A stretch of 63,991 nucleotides of DNA, counting the filler, from Ionaspis alba (Eukaryota), in assembly GCA_964255285.1 (NCBI GenBank). It is 13 parts of 13 records of this genome, joined end to end, with 100 filler letters (N's around TTAATTAATTAA, not from the genome) between each part and the next. Parts side by side here need not be neighbours in the genome. Positions count along the whole stretch, not along the records: positions 35,709 to 40,690 come from CAXUUL010001054.1; positions 40,791 to 45,765 come from CAXUUL010001055.1; positions 45,866 to 50,835 come from CAXUUL010001056.1; 10 more parts are not named here. One strand, given 5' to 3'. The notes below the pieces were generated by a model. That model searched no databases, was not told the origin of the DNA, and worked only from the letters and a program-made list of their open reading frames with translations. Positions 38,081 through 50,835 of the stretch are shown one piece after another. The first letter of the stretch is position 1; every line of letters starts with the position of its first letter. A program made the translations under genes and the position numbers.

Positions 38081-41000
38081 ACACAGAAAGCTGTTGGAGT
38101 ACGATGTACTCCACAACACCAAATCTCAATACAAGGCTCTGATCGGTCTCCAGGTGCACGGGTTGTATGGAAGATCCGGATCTATTTCCAATCGGCTTGT
38201 GGCAAAATTGGTATGCTTCTTCTGCAGTCGTTCAAGATCAATTGGCACATGCGTTGAATGGCAGAGACCCTTTGATCGTCGACGACAGTGATTAGTGATC
38301 TTGCAATGGATTGCTGAAGGGTTCGAGTTGGGCTTCTCGAGATCTGGGATCGGTAATGTGGCTTTCTGGCCGTGGCTCTTGTAGGCTACGAGGAGTCTTT
38401 TGAACAGGCGATGAAGACGTGCTGGGTAGCTGGGGCGGTGACGGAGATCTGGTGGACTGAATGGTGTAAGGGTCGATGCAGGTCTCGATCATGCAGTCTA
38501 AAATGTATCACGCAGCAGAGGCAGCTAGGTGATGATGGTATTCAGGGAAAGGAATGCTAGAGGAAAATGCACCACTGTTGAAGTGCAGGGAGAGGAACAA
38601 GATCTGGGGAAAGTAAATCCGTAAGCCATGAATCAAGGAATCTAGCAGCGGCAGATAAGACGACTCGACCACGATGGCGCAGCTAGAGGGAGGCTGCAGG
38701 TCGTGAGGGCAATGTCTGGATTGGGAAAGGGTAGGGTTGGTATAGCTGAGATGGAGGGGGGAATGTAGCATGAGGGACGAGGAGGGTAGGAAGGAGGAAC
38801 AAGAGGATGGGTTGATGGGTGAGGAGAGGAGAAGAACGACACACAGACACAAAAAAAGGGAAAAGTGGAATTTCCGATGCGTTGCGGGCAGGCACGCAGG
38901 GTCTTGTTGCTTGGAAAGCATGGTAGTCTGAAGGCGGAAATCTGAGATCGATGCTTGGGAGGCGCATCGTGGGACTCCTCTAACCAAGATACCGGTCACT
39001 TCCCGAAGCACACTAGTCTGCCCTCTGCACAGATTCTGGTTAGTGTCCATCACTTTTCTCAGGGTCCAGCTGCATGACTCGGACAAAGGGTCTGGCGGGA
39101 AACAGAGAAACAAGAGAAAACGCGATCACATTGCAGATGCAGGGCAGGACAGGGATCCGGGGAGTGGTGATGGGCATGACTTTGCAATACTTGCAACGCT
39201 GAATATGCAGGGACGAGTACGAGCAATCATATACATGCCTTCCCATACTTGCGAGTACATGAGTCTCAGATGGACCCTGGAATATCGCATCATAGCTGAC
39301 CAGCTAGCTCATCTCAACATTGTGGAAGGGAATGTGCACCTGCACCGGATGCAGTAGGGAGAAATGGGGAGCGCTATTAATATCTGCTCATCCTCGGGAA
39401 AGGAAAGACAACCTGGTCCCAAAAGAAACAGTAGTTGTGGACCCGTAACCTAGTGTTGCTGCACGTAATGGAGAAAGAGAAAGCGGGATGCGAACAGAGG
39501 CCTACTGCAACGTGAAAGGTTGTAAAGAATGCAGGAGTAGCGTGCGTAAAATAATACCGGCAAGGCGTAAGGACGGGAAAGCGCCAGGAAGCTTAGCGGC
39601 ATAATCGACTGATAGGGCAACGCGGGAAGATTGACAGGATATGATTGGCAGATGGATCGGGTGTCGGCTGCTCTGCATGGCAATTTCAACGTCAATTGTT
39701 CGATCCACCACGAATACTCGATCCGCTCAACCCCAAGATACGTCACAAACATGGGTAAGGTACCGATTCGCCCTTGCACTTACAACTACTGTTCCAGGAC
39801 CGCGTCTCTTCTCCTTTGGCACTATGGAAGTCCAGTAGCAATAATACAGTTCGGAGGGAAATAATAGTCCGTGGTCGTTAATCGTTCGTTCCAACACGAA
39901 CAATCCCGCCACCCGACCTCGGTTAGCCATTCTCATCGGTCGATGAGCAGCACACGATTTTCAGCTTGTTCCCTCTCAAATCCACTATCGCCCAGGTTAC
40001 CGCCCATTCCCATTGTATTGGAACAATGCTTCTCGCGATCATGGCGTGCTTGATGCATTTCCTTCCATGCAATAAGAGATGCCATGGCTACTGAGCGCTA
40101 GGAGAATACCCCGTGGTTACGAGGACATCTTTCCAAGGACAACAACTCCTCAGATACTGGCATTCCCTTACTTGTACAGGTCATGAGACAATGAGACCAT
40201 GACAGCACTTGGCAACGTCTGCGGAGTTCAAAATACCCAAACAAACTGGACTGAAGGAGAAAGAAGACATTGCGCATCTGCAACATGCACATCTTCGAAC
40301 ATGGGAGATACACTTACGATGGTCTAAAAGCCCCCAGATCTCATCTCACCCTCGTGTATCGGAGCATGACAGGCACGACACCCAGATGGTGCCTTACATT
40401 CAGCTCTTCAGGGGTAAGTGGATGGATAAATAGAGAGAGGGTTGCAACATGGAGTGTTACTGATTTCAATGAACCTAACCGGGGATCGCACCGCGGACCT
40501 CCATCAGCACCGTCCATGGGAATGGCAAAAATAAATTGGAGAACAACGCTGTCAGCTTGGCACAAACCTGTGATCAAATAGCTAATTTCCCATGACAAAA
40601 ACAAGTGGATGGGTGGAGAAGACCATGGAAGGAGGGGTATCTAACAGATCTCCGATCAGACATCTGAACGGCTTTTTCTCATGCGGTGATNNNNNNNNNN
40701 NNNNNNNNNNNNNNNNNNNNNNNNNNNNNNNNNNTTAATTAATTAANNNNNNNNNNNNNNNNNNNNNNNNNNNNNNNNNNNNNNNNNNNNATGATAGTCT
40801 ATAAACACTGGGCGTGCATTGTATTTGGTAGATATCCTTACCTCAATTGTTAATTCGAGCTCAAGTCAGCGACGGCCCATCAGCGACCCCTCGCGGTGGA
40901 CCTCGGTCTAACTACTCGACCGCGGGCCTCTGATGAGTTGCTCGTCTTCCTCAGTAAGACTATGAATCTGCTCCCACATTGGAGCGTATACTTTAAAGGC

Positions 41001-42464
41001 GCTGGAGGAATGCGGGTTGCAGTGAGCATGCAGCCAGACAAAATTGTCAGATCTTTATAGGCGGGTGAGAACACAAATGTCAATGTGACACCATGAATTG
41101 CAGCAAGAATGACTATTCCTGGTACCAGTGCCTCCGAGAACATGGATAGGTTTATGGACCTGTATACGTATATGATAAGGATGGTGCCACTTGCTGACGC
41201 CTCGCACTTGGCGGGCAGCTCGTAGCAAGAACCTGCATTGTAGGTTGGTCTGTGTACCATGGCTGCACAGGCTATAGATATTGCTTGCAAGAGAAAAACT
41301 AACTGCAATGCGATCGGTTGGGGAGAACAAAACGTTCATCCTTCGCATGTTCGGGTAGACAATATGCTCGGCCGCTTGCAGAGTGATTATGACGACGAGA
41401 GCACACATGTTCTGAAGGACATTATTTCATGGGTCGTCGAGTGCACAACTTGCGAGATAAGATTGCTGTTTATCTGACTGTGGCAAAGTTAGACTATGGG
41501 ATAAGCAAGACTGCAGAAATCCGGCAAAGTGCAGACAGAGGCGGGAATGGAAACAGATCTTACCGTACACGACAAGACACCACGTCACGTTCGAGCTCAT
41601 CAATCAAAAAACCTGTCCATGCAAGCCCTCGCCCGGGTGTGTTACATCGATATTTGGGCTCCGCAGCGTCCATCTTTAGCCCATCTCGACAGCATAGAAG
41701 CAAACTTCAGGAGGCGTCGTCAAGACGGAGCCTGCCGTTGGTAGTTGAACTGTGTCATGTCCGTAAAGTGATCTGCACCAGTGATGATTTTATAGCAAAC
41801 ATATCGTCCTCGACCAAAAACCAAGGGGTTTGTTCCTTCCTCCAATTCTATTCCCCAGGCTAATGAGCCTACGCGAGCTTTTCACTTTTATTCAGCTGAA
41901 TATTGACCTGTTCCACTCGCGTCCTAGCTGCAAAATGGAGAAAACAATACAAATGCGACAGCTAGGACAGACTCTGCCGCAATAAATTAAAGCGTACAGT
42001 TCCTCCGAACGAGTTCAATATTGTTGATATTCTCAAAATCATTGTGAGACATTGCTGACATGCGTTGACGCAGACCGCTTTTATGATCAATTCTGGAAGT
42101 AGGAGTAAGATAGAGCGTACGAAACAGTACTGTGGATATTTAATGCCGCATTTTTGCTCAGCTGACTCGTGAATGATCCCAGAGTAGCTTCGGCCCAGCA
42201 GTGAGGAAGAGCTGTATCGACTCGAAGGGCGTGACAGGTCTCTCTGGCAAAGGAAAGCACGGCTTGAGGCCCTTCCTAGGGGACACAGGTATGAACTTTA
42301 AAAAATGGAGATAGCACAAACGATATGATATCCGCAACATATATCGTGATATACTCAAAATCTCACTCCTTTTCTTCCCCTCGTGAAGCACCGATTAGTT
42401 GAGTGTTCAGAAGCACTGACTACTTCCATTCACAAAAGTCCCAACTCTTAATCCATCATCAAAG

Positions 42465-43755
42465 ATGATCTCCAAAGTACATGACTCGGGCCCAGTTCCC
42501 TTTTCCACTGAGGTGCATGTAAATCCAGATGCCCAGAGAGAGGAACTGCATAGTTCCGCGAAGAAATTCCATGTAGACTTCAAGAAGTTCTATGGTATCG
42601 ATCCGACCCACGTGGACCGTAATTTCAAGTTGAACTTGTCCGAGATGAGCTATCTTCCAAAGGTATGGCCCTATTCTTCATCTCGGAATGAGCTTTAGGA
42701 AGAAGCTCACTCTAGGGTTTAATATCTCAGGTCGATAATCCTCGCGCCGACTGGGTAGTCACAGCTGCACTCAACTCCTTCAGAGCATTCCAGTCTGGGG
42801 AGTTTAGCTCTGTGAACCGTTTTGCAACCGTTGGCACCGGGTCTGGCACGGATATTATTGCGGCACTTGACACTTTCCCCAACCTATCGAGCATGGCCAT
42901 GACCGATTTGCACAACGAGGTTGTCCGAGTGGCGAAATCGAATGTGCACGCCGCTACAGAGGGGGCTGGTGAACGGGTAAAGGACGTCGTAGGACGAATT
43001 TTTGCTCAGCCAGGAGATGTTCTGTTGCCATTGAAAGGCCAGAAGCCCTTCGACATCATCTATGAGTCAGTAGAGAAAGACAGCCGCATTTCTTCCTGTC
43101 TTCCTTAACATTCATATTCTTGCTCATCTGCGGCAGGAACCTGCCTAATATTCCCCTTCCGGACTCCATGAACACGGACGGCCTCCGCGATGGTCAGACT
43201 TCCGCAACCTATGTTGGAGACCGGACCAGAGACAAAGTCCCAAGTTTCGTATCAGCAGCTCTTCTCGACCTCCACTATGTCTGCCTCCTCCAAGCAAGAG
43301 AGTTCAATCTCCTGAATGATACTGGGGCTGTTCTGTCAAGTATCGGTGGAAGAGTCCCATTGGAAACGATTCTGGATCTGGCAGATGCAGCAGGCTATGT
43401 TGGGAGGGTTCTGAGCCTCTCGTGGAAAGAACAGAGCGAGCCAGAATCGGTCATCGGAGGATATGCAGAACATCAAGCAAAGGGTCTCGGACCAGTAAGC
43501 TTGATCACAAAGCAGCACGATGGAATTTCTGATGACTTGTAGTTTCACTTCTATCCAATCTCAGTGCTCGAACGCGTGTTCAACAAACGTACCCCGGCGG
43601 GTGCCGGGCTTTGCGCGGCTCAGATCAAAGACACGCTCTTGCCCGATCGCCTTGATGCTATTGCCGCACTGCGGAAGCATCGGGAAGGAATCAAGGTTGG
43701 TCACACTGTAATTGTCATGGCCAGTGTGCTCAAGAGCATTGGAAATGCACGTTGA
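42465..43755 (+). CDS. Class I SAM-dependent methyltransferase, methionine S-methyltransferase (MMT/MmtN)-like; exons 42465-42662, 42731-43065, 43137-43494, 43543-43755 (367 aa)
   Basis: Three GT-AG introns join four ORF pieces in frame (1104 nt); motif I VGTGSG, acidic TDLH, GDVL, FDIIYENLPNIP. The fold is confident; the substrate is inferred. Confidence 0.85.
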
Positions 43756-44446
43756 TCAGTAAGCCGACTGGTTTGTTGAGCTTGGTCATGATGATGGTAG
43801 CCGTGCTGCCCAGATGCAACAATCATTTGAGGAAAGCAGTATATAGAGAAAGATGCAGCTAGCGGCTACCTACATGAGATATGCCTTAGAAATAGGCACT
43901 GCGCCCGTTGCTTATGCTTTTCAATCCTGTATTTAAGATTGTGTAGGGAATTACTACCTGGGTGAGGCAGATCAGTGAAATATCCGGTTATCTGTGCGAG
44001 ACGGTGTCCTAGCCTAACTGTGCCACGACCTCATCTGCTTGAACCTTCGTCTTAGCTCTCCTGACGTCCGTTCGAGAGCCTCTCTCTGCTATCCTGAATT
44101 GCGTAGAAACTATGACACACTCCGAATACCCAAAAGGATAGTCCCGGGAGGCTCCCACCATTTTCGTTTCTTCTTCCAATATACGACCATCTAGCCGCCT
44201 CCTTCTGCCTCTTTCCCTGGTGCAAAGTCTCTTGTGCGAAGATCATCATGTCCGCCCTCCGAGCCCGGCAGGTCTTGATCTACCAGCCATACGTCCTCAA
44301 CATGTAGCTTATATTGGCAACGCAGAGCACACATAATTTCAGTATATCATGTGTCACCCTCAGTAACTGGTTGTCCGTCGGTATCAGCATTACCCCAGTG
44401 TAAAACTGTCGCCCTGTGCCGAGACAATGACTATCGTCCTCGCTCC

Positions 44447-45560
44447 TCACTCTGGCTCCTGGTTCTTCCATTTCTCCCTGACGCTTGCGACATCGACTCC
44501 ACAAGCCTCAGCCCTCTTCACCACCGCTCGCGACTTGCCTACGACTGGCACATCAATCATCTTTCCGTCCAATGTCCATGCACCTCTCCCCATCTTATCC
44601 GCCTTCTCGTTGCCTACTATTACGCGCATAGCCCAGTCCACTTCCTCCGCACTGGGTGCAAAGGCTTCCTGCACAATGCCGACCTGCAATGGATGAATGC
44701 ACTGTTTCCCGTTGAACCCAAGGCCACGGCCACCCTCACATTCTTCTCTCAGCGTCTTCTCCCCTTCCGGCCCTTTATAACTCGTGCAAACAAGGTCAAT
44801 GGTCGACGGCAAGTTGTGCGCACGTGCTGCAGTCGTAATGGCGGAGCGGGCGTAAAGAAATTCGGATAGTGATGGTGTACGGGTGAGAGACAAATCTAGA
44901 GCAAAATCTTCGGCAGCGAAGATTAGACCCGAGAGATAGGGTGTTGAGGCGCAGATAGCAGGGAGCGAGGACAACGAGAGGGCAGATTCGATGAGGGCTA
45001 AGAGCTTGATTGGAGATTTGGTCGAGGAGGAAGGGGACGAGGAAGATGAAGGGTGCCGGTCAGAAAGTGTGTGCCGTAAAACATCTGTGACGAAGTGCAG
45101 ATCGGAGGCGGAATTGACCTTTGGGATGATGAGGGCATCGAGGTTGGGAGATTGGAGCTGGAGGACGAGATTACTGCATGTTAAGCGCAACTCGAGAAGG
45201 ACAAAAGAGAAAGTAGGGTAGCCATCAGGGATTAGAATACCACTTCCGTGAGATCGGCGAGTGCCATACCACTTGACACAGAATTGATCCGTACAGCCTG
45301 CTCTTTTATGCCGGCTGCTCGTGGCTGGCCAAGGAAATGGCGAATGTTGGCGCGAGCTTCGACTTTCTTGCTTGGAGCGACGGAGTCCTCGAGATCGTAG
45401 GCGACGCTGTCGACTGTCAGAGACCGGGACTTGTCCAGCATCTTTTGCGAGGAGCCTGGCACTGTACAGATCTTAGCATTCTTCGCACGGTGAATAAATT
45501 GGGAGGGAAGGCACCATAGAGAAGTGCGCGGCGAACGATTGAGGCGGCATTGGAAGCCAT
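44447..45560 (-). CDS. HpcH/HpaI aldolase / citrate lyase beta (CitE-like, citramalyl-/malyl-CoA lyase), 3 exons
   Basis: RRALLY/VPGSS, YDLEDSV, AVRINS, IPKV, ALIESA, FAAEDF, GFNGKQCIHP, DGKMIDVPV. Confidence 0.93.
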
Positions 45561-46668
45561 TGAGCCTTCAATGGAGATGCCGAACCAACCCCAGAGCCTG
45601 TCGGACCTGTTGCTAGTGTTGGATCTCCTTTTATGACATCGTGAATGCTGTTGAAGTGATCTACCACTTGCGCTGATTCTCCGCATTCCACCTCGGTCCG
45701 CCTTCCCCCTGTGCCTAGGGACAGTAGGCAGTCACAGTAGGCACTAGATCGGAAGGGGGAACTTANNNNNNNNNNNNNNNNNNNNNNNNNNNNNNNNNNN
45801 NNNNNNNNNTTAATTAATTAANNNNNNNNNNNNNNNNNNNNNNNNNNNNNNNNNNNNNNNNNNNNGGATGGAAGGTGAGGGGAGGGGGATGTGGTACGAA
45901 TGGCTATTATGAAAGTCCGAATGATGATCTAAAGAGGAATGGGGGAATCGTTTTGGAGGAGGGTGGCACGAGGGGATGAGATCGTGGATCTTGACTAGCC
46001 GGATAGGGATATGTGTTTTGAGAATTGTGATACAAGCTCATGTGAACCACGAGTTCCTCCGTTTACTATTCTCGACCCAGATTGTTGGGGTCGCTTTATG
46101 TGTTTGTGGAAAGATCTGTCGTACTCGGCTGAGCAACATCTTGAACTATTTATATTTTCTGCCGAGGAAGGCATCCGATCCATCTGGCAAGATATTTTGG
46201 GCCCGAATTAACTGGGTTTAAATCTTTCTTTGAGATATTCGTGTGACTCGTGACCCTTCACTGGCTGAGATGAGCTTCTCCGCCTTTGCCTTGTCTTCGT
46301 CCCCTTCCTTCTCCACCTGTCTCCAGCCTCTTGAGATCGTACTTTCGACACCGGCTGGAGTGCTGCTTGGAATATACAGAAGAATGCTCTTACCATTCAT
46401 TCGATCAGTGCATATGCACGGGGCTTTTCGAGACTTCGTGGCGAAGGTCCATCAGTAGTATAGCCAGCATACCAAGTCGTAGGTGTGGTCAGGTACCACG
46501 AGTCTGAGAGAATGTGCAAGGCTATTTTCTTGTGAAGGGTAGAGCCTTGTTGTTTCTCATTGACCTTTAACACACGATGTGTAGACGACATCTGTCGACA
46601 TTGGAAGTCGATTGTGAGAAGTGGATATCTCGGATCTCTGCGATATAGAGAAGAGACTCAGTATGCTC

Positions 46669-47466
46669 TCAGCCAGGTCTCTTGCTCGTTTCATTCAGCA
46701 GCTCCGTAACGGTGACAATACGATAGCCTCTTCTCCGCATCTCCGGGACCACCTTCCGCAGCATGGGAACCGTCCAGCTCCTCCTATCGTGGCATATGAT
46801 AATGCCTCCCGGTCGCAGCATACTGAGGATGTGCCTTGCATTGATCCGCCAAAATGAGATCTGTGGATCGTGTGCATAGATGCTACCAAGAACCAGCTTA
46901 TAACCTAATCTATCCAGGGTCTTGCGCATCCTTTCGTTGAAAAAGCCGGAGCCGGGACGGAAGTATTTAGGCGGAGGTTTCGCGTCAACAGCACGGTATG
47001 CAGCGTGAACCATTCTTTCCACAGATTGAATTTCCTCAACTAGTGTCTCTTCGCTCAAAGATCGCGAGGGCTCATCGTGCATTGCATGGTTCCCCAGCTC
47101 GTTGCTGTTGCGGACAATGTGCTGCAGTGTCGCCTCACGACCTGCCACTTGGGAGCCAATGATGAAGAAGGTGGCTGTTGCATCATTGGCTTTGAGGATC
47201 TGGATGATCTCATCCGTGTACTCGGACGGTCCGTCATCGATTGTGAGGGCGACAATCTTCGAGGAAGTCGAGACGCGCCAGAGGACGTCAGGCCATCGAT
47301 GCTGAAAGTAACGTATCAGAAGCGTTGGCGGCTTGTATATCACGTAGCAGGGTGTGATCAGGATGCAAATAAGGCTCAAGACGAGGAGCATTGTGAAAGC
47401 TCTTGAGCGACGAGCTCTTCTATGTAATCGTGAGGGCCATCGGAACAGATAGGAGACGCGATACAT
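46669..47466 (-). CDS. Polysaccharide/chitin deacetylase (CE4, NodB domain) with N-terminal TM anchor
   Basis: ALTIDDGP, ATFFIIG, ELGNHAMHD, YFRPGSG, GGIIICHD motifs. Confidence 0.92.
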   Translation of the reverse strand: MYRVSYLFRWPSRLHRRARRSRAFTMLLVLSLICILITPCYVIYKPPTLLIRYFQHRWPDVLWRVSTSSKIVALTIDDGPSEYTDEIIQILKANDATATFFIIGSQVAGREATLQHIVRNSNELGNHAMHDEPSRSLSEETLVEEIQSVERMVHAAYRAVDAKPPPKYFRPGSGFFNERMRKTLDRLGYKLVLGSIYAHDPQISFWRINARHILSMLRPGGIIICHDRRSWTVPMLRKVVPEMRRRGYRIVTVTELLNETSKRPG

Positions 47467-48575
47467 GAAGCTCTCGGCATTCTGTTGAGGAAAGCCTTCT
47501 GGAGGTCGCTCGAGCCCGATGTGCTGGGCAGAGGATGCTGTGAACTTGCGAGCTAGTGCAGTTTGGGCTTAGGCTCTTTCCCCCCCTTTTCAGCTTTTCG
47601 ACAACAATGAAACGAAACAAATGCCCTCCTACATCATGATACCACGGTACTATACATCATGCTGTATCACCACTACCATCAGTGTCACTGTTTCCTCGAC
47701 TTTGGAGAGAAGTGAATAGTATGGCCCATCTGTCGTGCCATCCAGCTCGAGGAATTGAATGCCGAGGTAAAGGCATTTAATTCAGACGAAACAAGCTTGA
47801 GGCACACGCGGGCCGAAACCTTTTTCTCCTGTCTGGATGAGGGTTAGATCGCCATTTATTGAGCCACACCAAGACCGAGGAGCTGAATGCCGGGTTGACA
47901 GACATCATTGGTCCCAGAAGGATCAACCCAAATGNNNNNNNNNNNNNNNNNNNNNNNNNNNNNNNNNNNNNNNNNNNNNNNNNNNNNNNNNNNNNNNNNN
48001 NNNNNNNNNNNNNNNNNNNNNNNNNNNNNNNNNNATTGGTCCCAGAAGGATCAACCCAAATGGCCGACTATAATATCGGAGATCCTGCTGCAGGAGTAAA
48101 CAGCGCTACCCCGCAGAACGCTATGCCACATGCACTCTACTTCAGCTTCGACCTTCCTGATACCACCACACCGGTCTCTATTGACCTCTACCGTGGTTTG
48201 TAGTGGGGTCCGACTAGGACAGGACACCGACTCAGGGGTGAGGATGTTCCCTTCCTCAACACGAGATCGGGCCTCGAGTACCCCCCTGAAAGCTCGAAAG
48301 ATGGGTATTGGGAATTGACTGGCCTTCCTCTTTCGCTCACCCCAAATGACCGTGACATTTGTGGCGTACTAGACACTTCGTGAGAATGCTCAGGTGGACG
48401 CGCAGAATTCTGCGGCGCCTCAGCGCGCCGTTATACCCATTTCCTATAACTTCTTTGGAGCCCCCAAAGTCTTTACCCTTTGCTTTCGTTCTGTACCCGT
48501 TCCGCTGCTGAAGAACGCCCATTTCCATTATTGGTGCCATTTGCTTCTCCCAAGTCGTCAGCTTGAAGTCCCAAG

Positions 48576-50835
48576 ATGCATTTTCTAGCTATAACATCTT
48601 TTGTGTTTCTTGCGCTGGAGGCTTCCGCAACTCATGTTAAGAAAGTGATACCTGAAATTGACAATGCCGTAAACTCGGCGCTGAACAAGTATCGTCCCTA
48701 TACAGCCTATAAGGGTCCTGCACCTGCAGCTGCCACCCAAGCCACACTTGCTGCGCCTAAATCGAACTTTGTTGCTCCGGCCGCCGTAGCTGCACCAGGT
48801 GCCTCATACTGGCTTGAACAGATCAAACACCAGGGAATCGCAGCCTTCAATCCGGACACTTCTTACAAAACGTTCCGAAATGTCAAAGATTATGGTGCCA
48901 AAGGGTAGAATTATCAAGATCAGGGATGTGTCGAAGCAGGAGCTGACAAGTACCGTAGTGATGGTGTCACTGATGACACCGCAGCTATTCAATCAGCCAT
49001 AAGCAGCCAAAATAGATGTGCTCCTGGAAAATGCCAGTCGACTACTATCAGTATGTCGCAGCAGACCAACTCAGTATCATCTAAATGTACTAATAAGATC
49101 AGCTCCTGCCGTTGTGTACTTCCCCAGTGGGACATACATAATCTCATCCTCGATCATCGACTACTACTTCACACAGTTAATTGGAAATCCGAACGATCGG
49201 CCGGTGCTGAAGGCCACCCCAAATTTCTCAGGCTTTGGTCTCATAGATGGAGATCAGTATCAAGCTGGAGGAGTGCTTGGTTTTGGTGCCACCAACGTCT
49301 TCTATAGACAAGTGAGGAATTTCGTACTGGACATGACTGCAATTCCAGCTAGTTCGAGTGCGACTGGCATTCACTGGCCGACAGCGCAGGCTACAAGTGT
49401 GCAGAATGTCATCTTCAGGATGTCTGACGCGCCCGGTACCAAGCATCAAGGATTCTTCATTGAGAGTGGTAAGAATATCTAAGTCTGAGGACGTGAGGAA
49501 TTTTGTGGGTAGAAAGACTGATGAATTGTACATCACAGGCTCTGCTGGATTCATGAACGACTTGGAATTCTATGGTGGCCTCGCTGGAGCCGTCTTCGGA
49601 AACCAACAGTACACCATGCGGAATCTCAAATTCTATAATGCTGTCACAGCCATAAATATGCTTTTCGATTGGGGCTGGACCTATAAATCCATAACAATAG
49701 AAAACTGTACGACTGGCTTCGATCTCACATCTGGAGGCCATGATGCACAGAATGTCGGTTCTATAACACTATTCGACAGCACTATCAGCAATACACCAGT
49801 TGGCATCCTTACTGCACATGACGCCACCTCGAAGCCACCTTCTGGCGGAAGCATAATCATTGAGAATGTGCAGCTGAACAACGTGCCAGTGGCTGTGCGT
49901 GGCCCGAACAATACCACTGCATTGGCAGGCACGACAGGCTCTACTACCATCGCTGCTTGGGGCGCTGGACACGAGTACATTCCAAACGGACCCACCAATT
50001 TCGAAGGCAATTTCCAGCCCATCCCAAGACCAGGATCCCTGCTTAACGGAGGCAATTACTACGAGCGCTCCAAACCGCAGTACGAGTCGGTCCCTGTTAC
50101 ACAATTCATGAGCACCCGCACCGCTGGAGCGAGAGGTGATGGCATTGCAGATGACACTACTGCGCTACAGAAAGTTATCAACACGGCAGCCTCCAATGGT
50201 ATGATTGTTTTCTTCGATGCTGGCACTTACAAGATCACCAAGACTCTTGTTATCCCTCCCGGAAGCAAGATCGTGGGTGAGACTTATCCTGTCATCATGT
50301 CAAGCGGCAAGTACTTTGCAAATATCAATAGTCCCAAACCCGTCGTCCGGGTCGGTCAAAGTGGGGATGTGGGGACTGTCGAGTGGTCAGACATGGTCGT
50401 CGCTACTCAGGGACCTCAGGCTGGTGCTATACTCATCCAGTGGAACCTTGCGTCTTTCGGTACGCCCTCGGGGATGTGGGATGTTCATACTCGTATAGGT
50501 GGCTTTGCCGGGTCGGAGCTGCAAGTTGCGCAGTGCCCGACTACTCCTACGGTTGCGACGCCTCCTGCGCCAGTCAACCCGCAATGTATTGCTGCATTTA
50601 TGTCGATTCACATCACGAAGAATGCACAAAATCTCTATCTGGAGAATACTTGGTATGTTGCAAAAGTCTCGATCATTGATGAGCGACCGACTCCTAACGC
50701 TGTTTCTTTGCAGGTTCTGGACTGCCGACCATGACATAGATGATCCGACTAACACCCAGATAACGATTTATGCGGGCAGAGGCATGTTGATTGAGAGTAG
50801 ACCAGGGACCATCTGGCTGTGAGTGCTGTCTTCCT
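48576..50835 (+). CDS. GH55 exo-beta-1,3-glucanase, secreted, 3' truncated, multi-exon
   Basis: Signal peptide; FRNVKDYGAKG/DGVTDDTAAI, VYFPSGTY, GIHWPTAQATS, second repeat GARGDGIADDT, GMWDVHTRIGG, WTADHDID. Confidence 0.96.

Noticed and set aside
40791..42400. Possible decayed gene upstream of the methyltransferase (RVIMTTR-like fragment)
   Set aside because: Only a short chance-level motif; no sustained frame or second motif.
47907..48062. 28-nt direct repeat ATTGGTCCCAGAAGGATCAACCCAAATG flanking a 100-N gap (CRISPR/TSD-like)
   Set aside because: The copies abut the gap on both sides; most simply an unmerged contig overlap.
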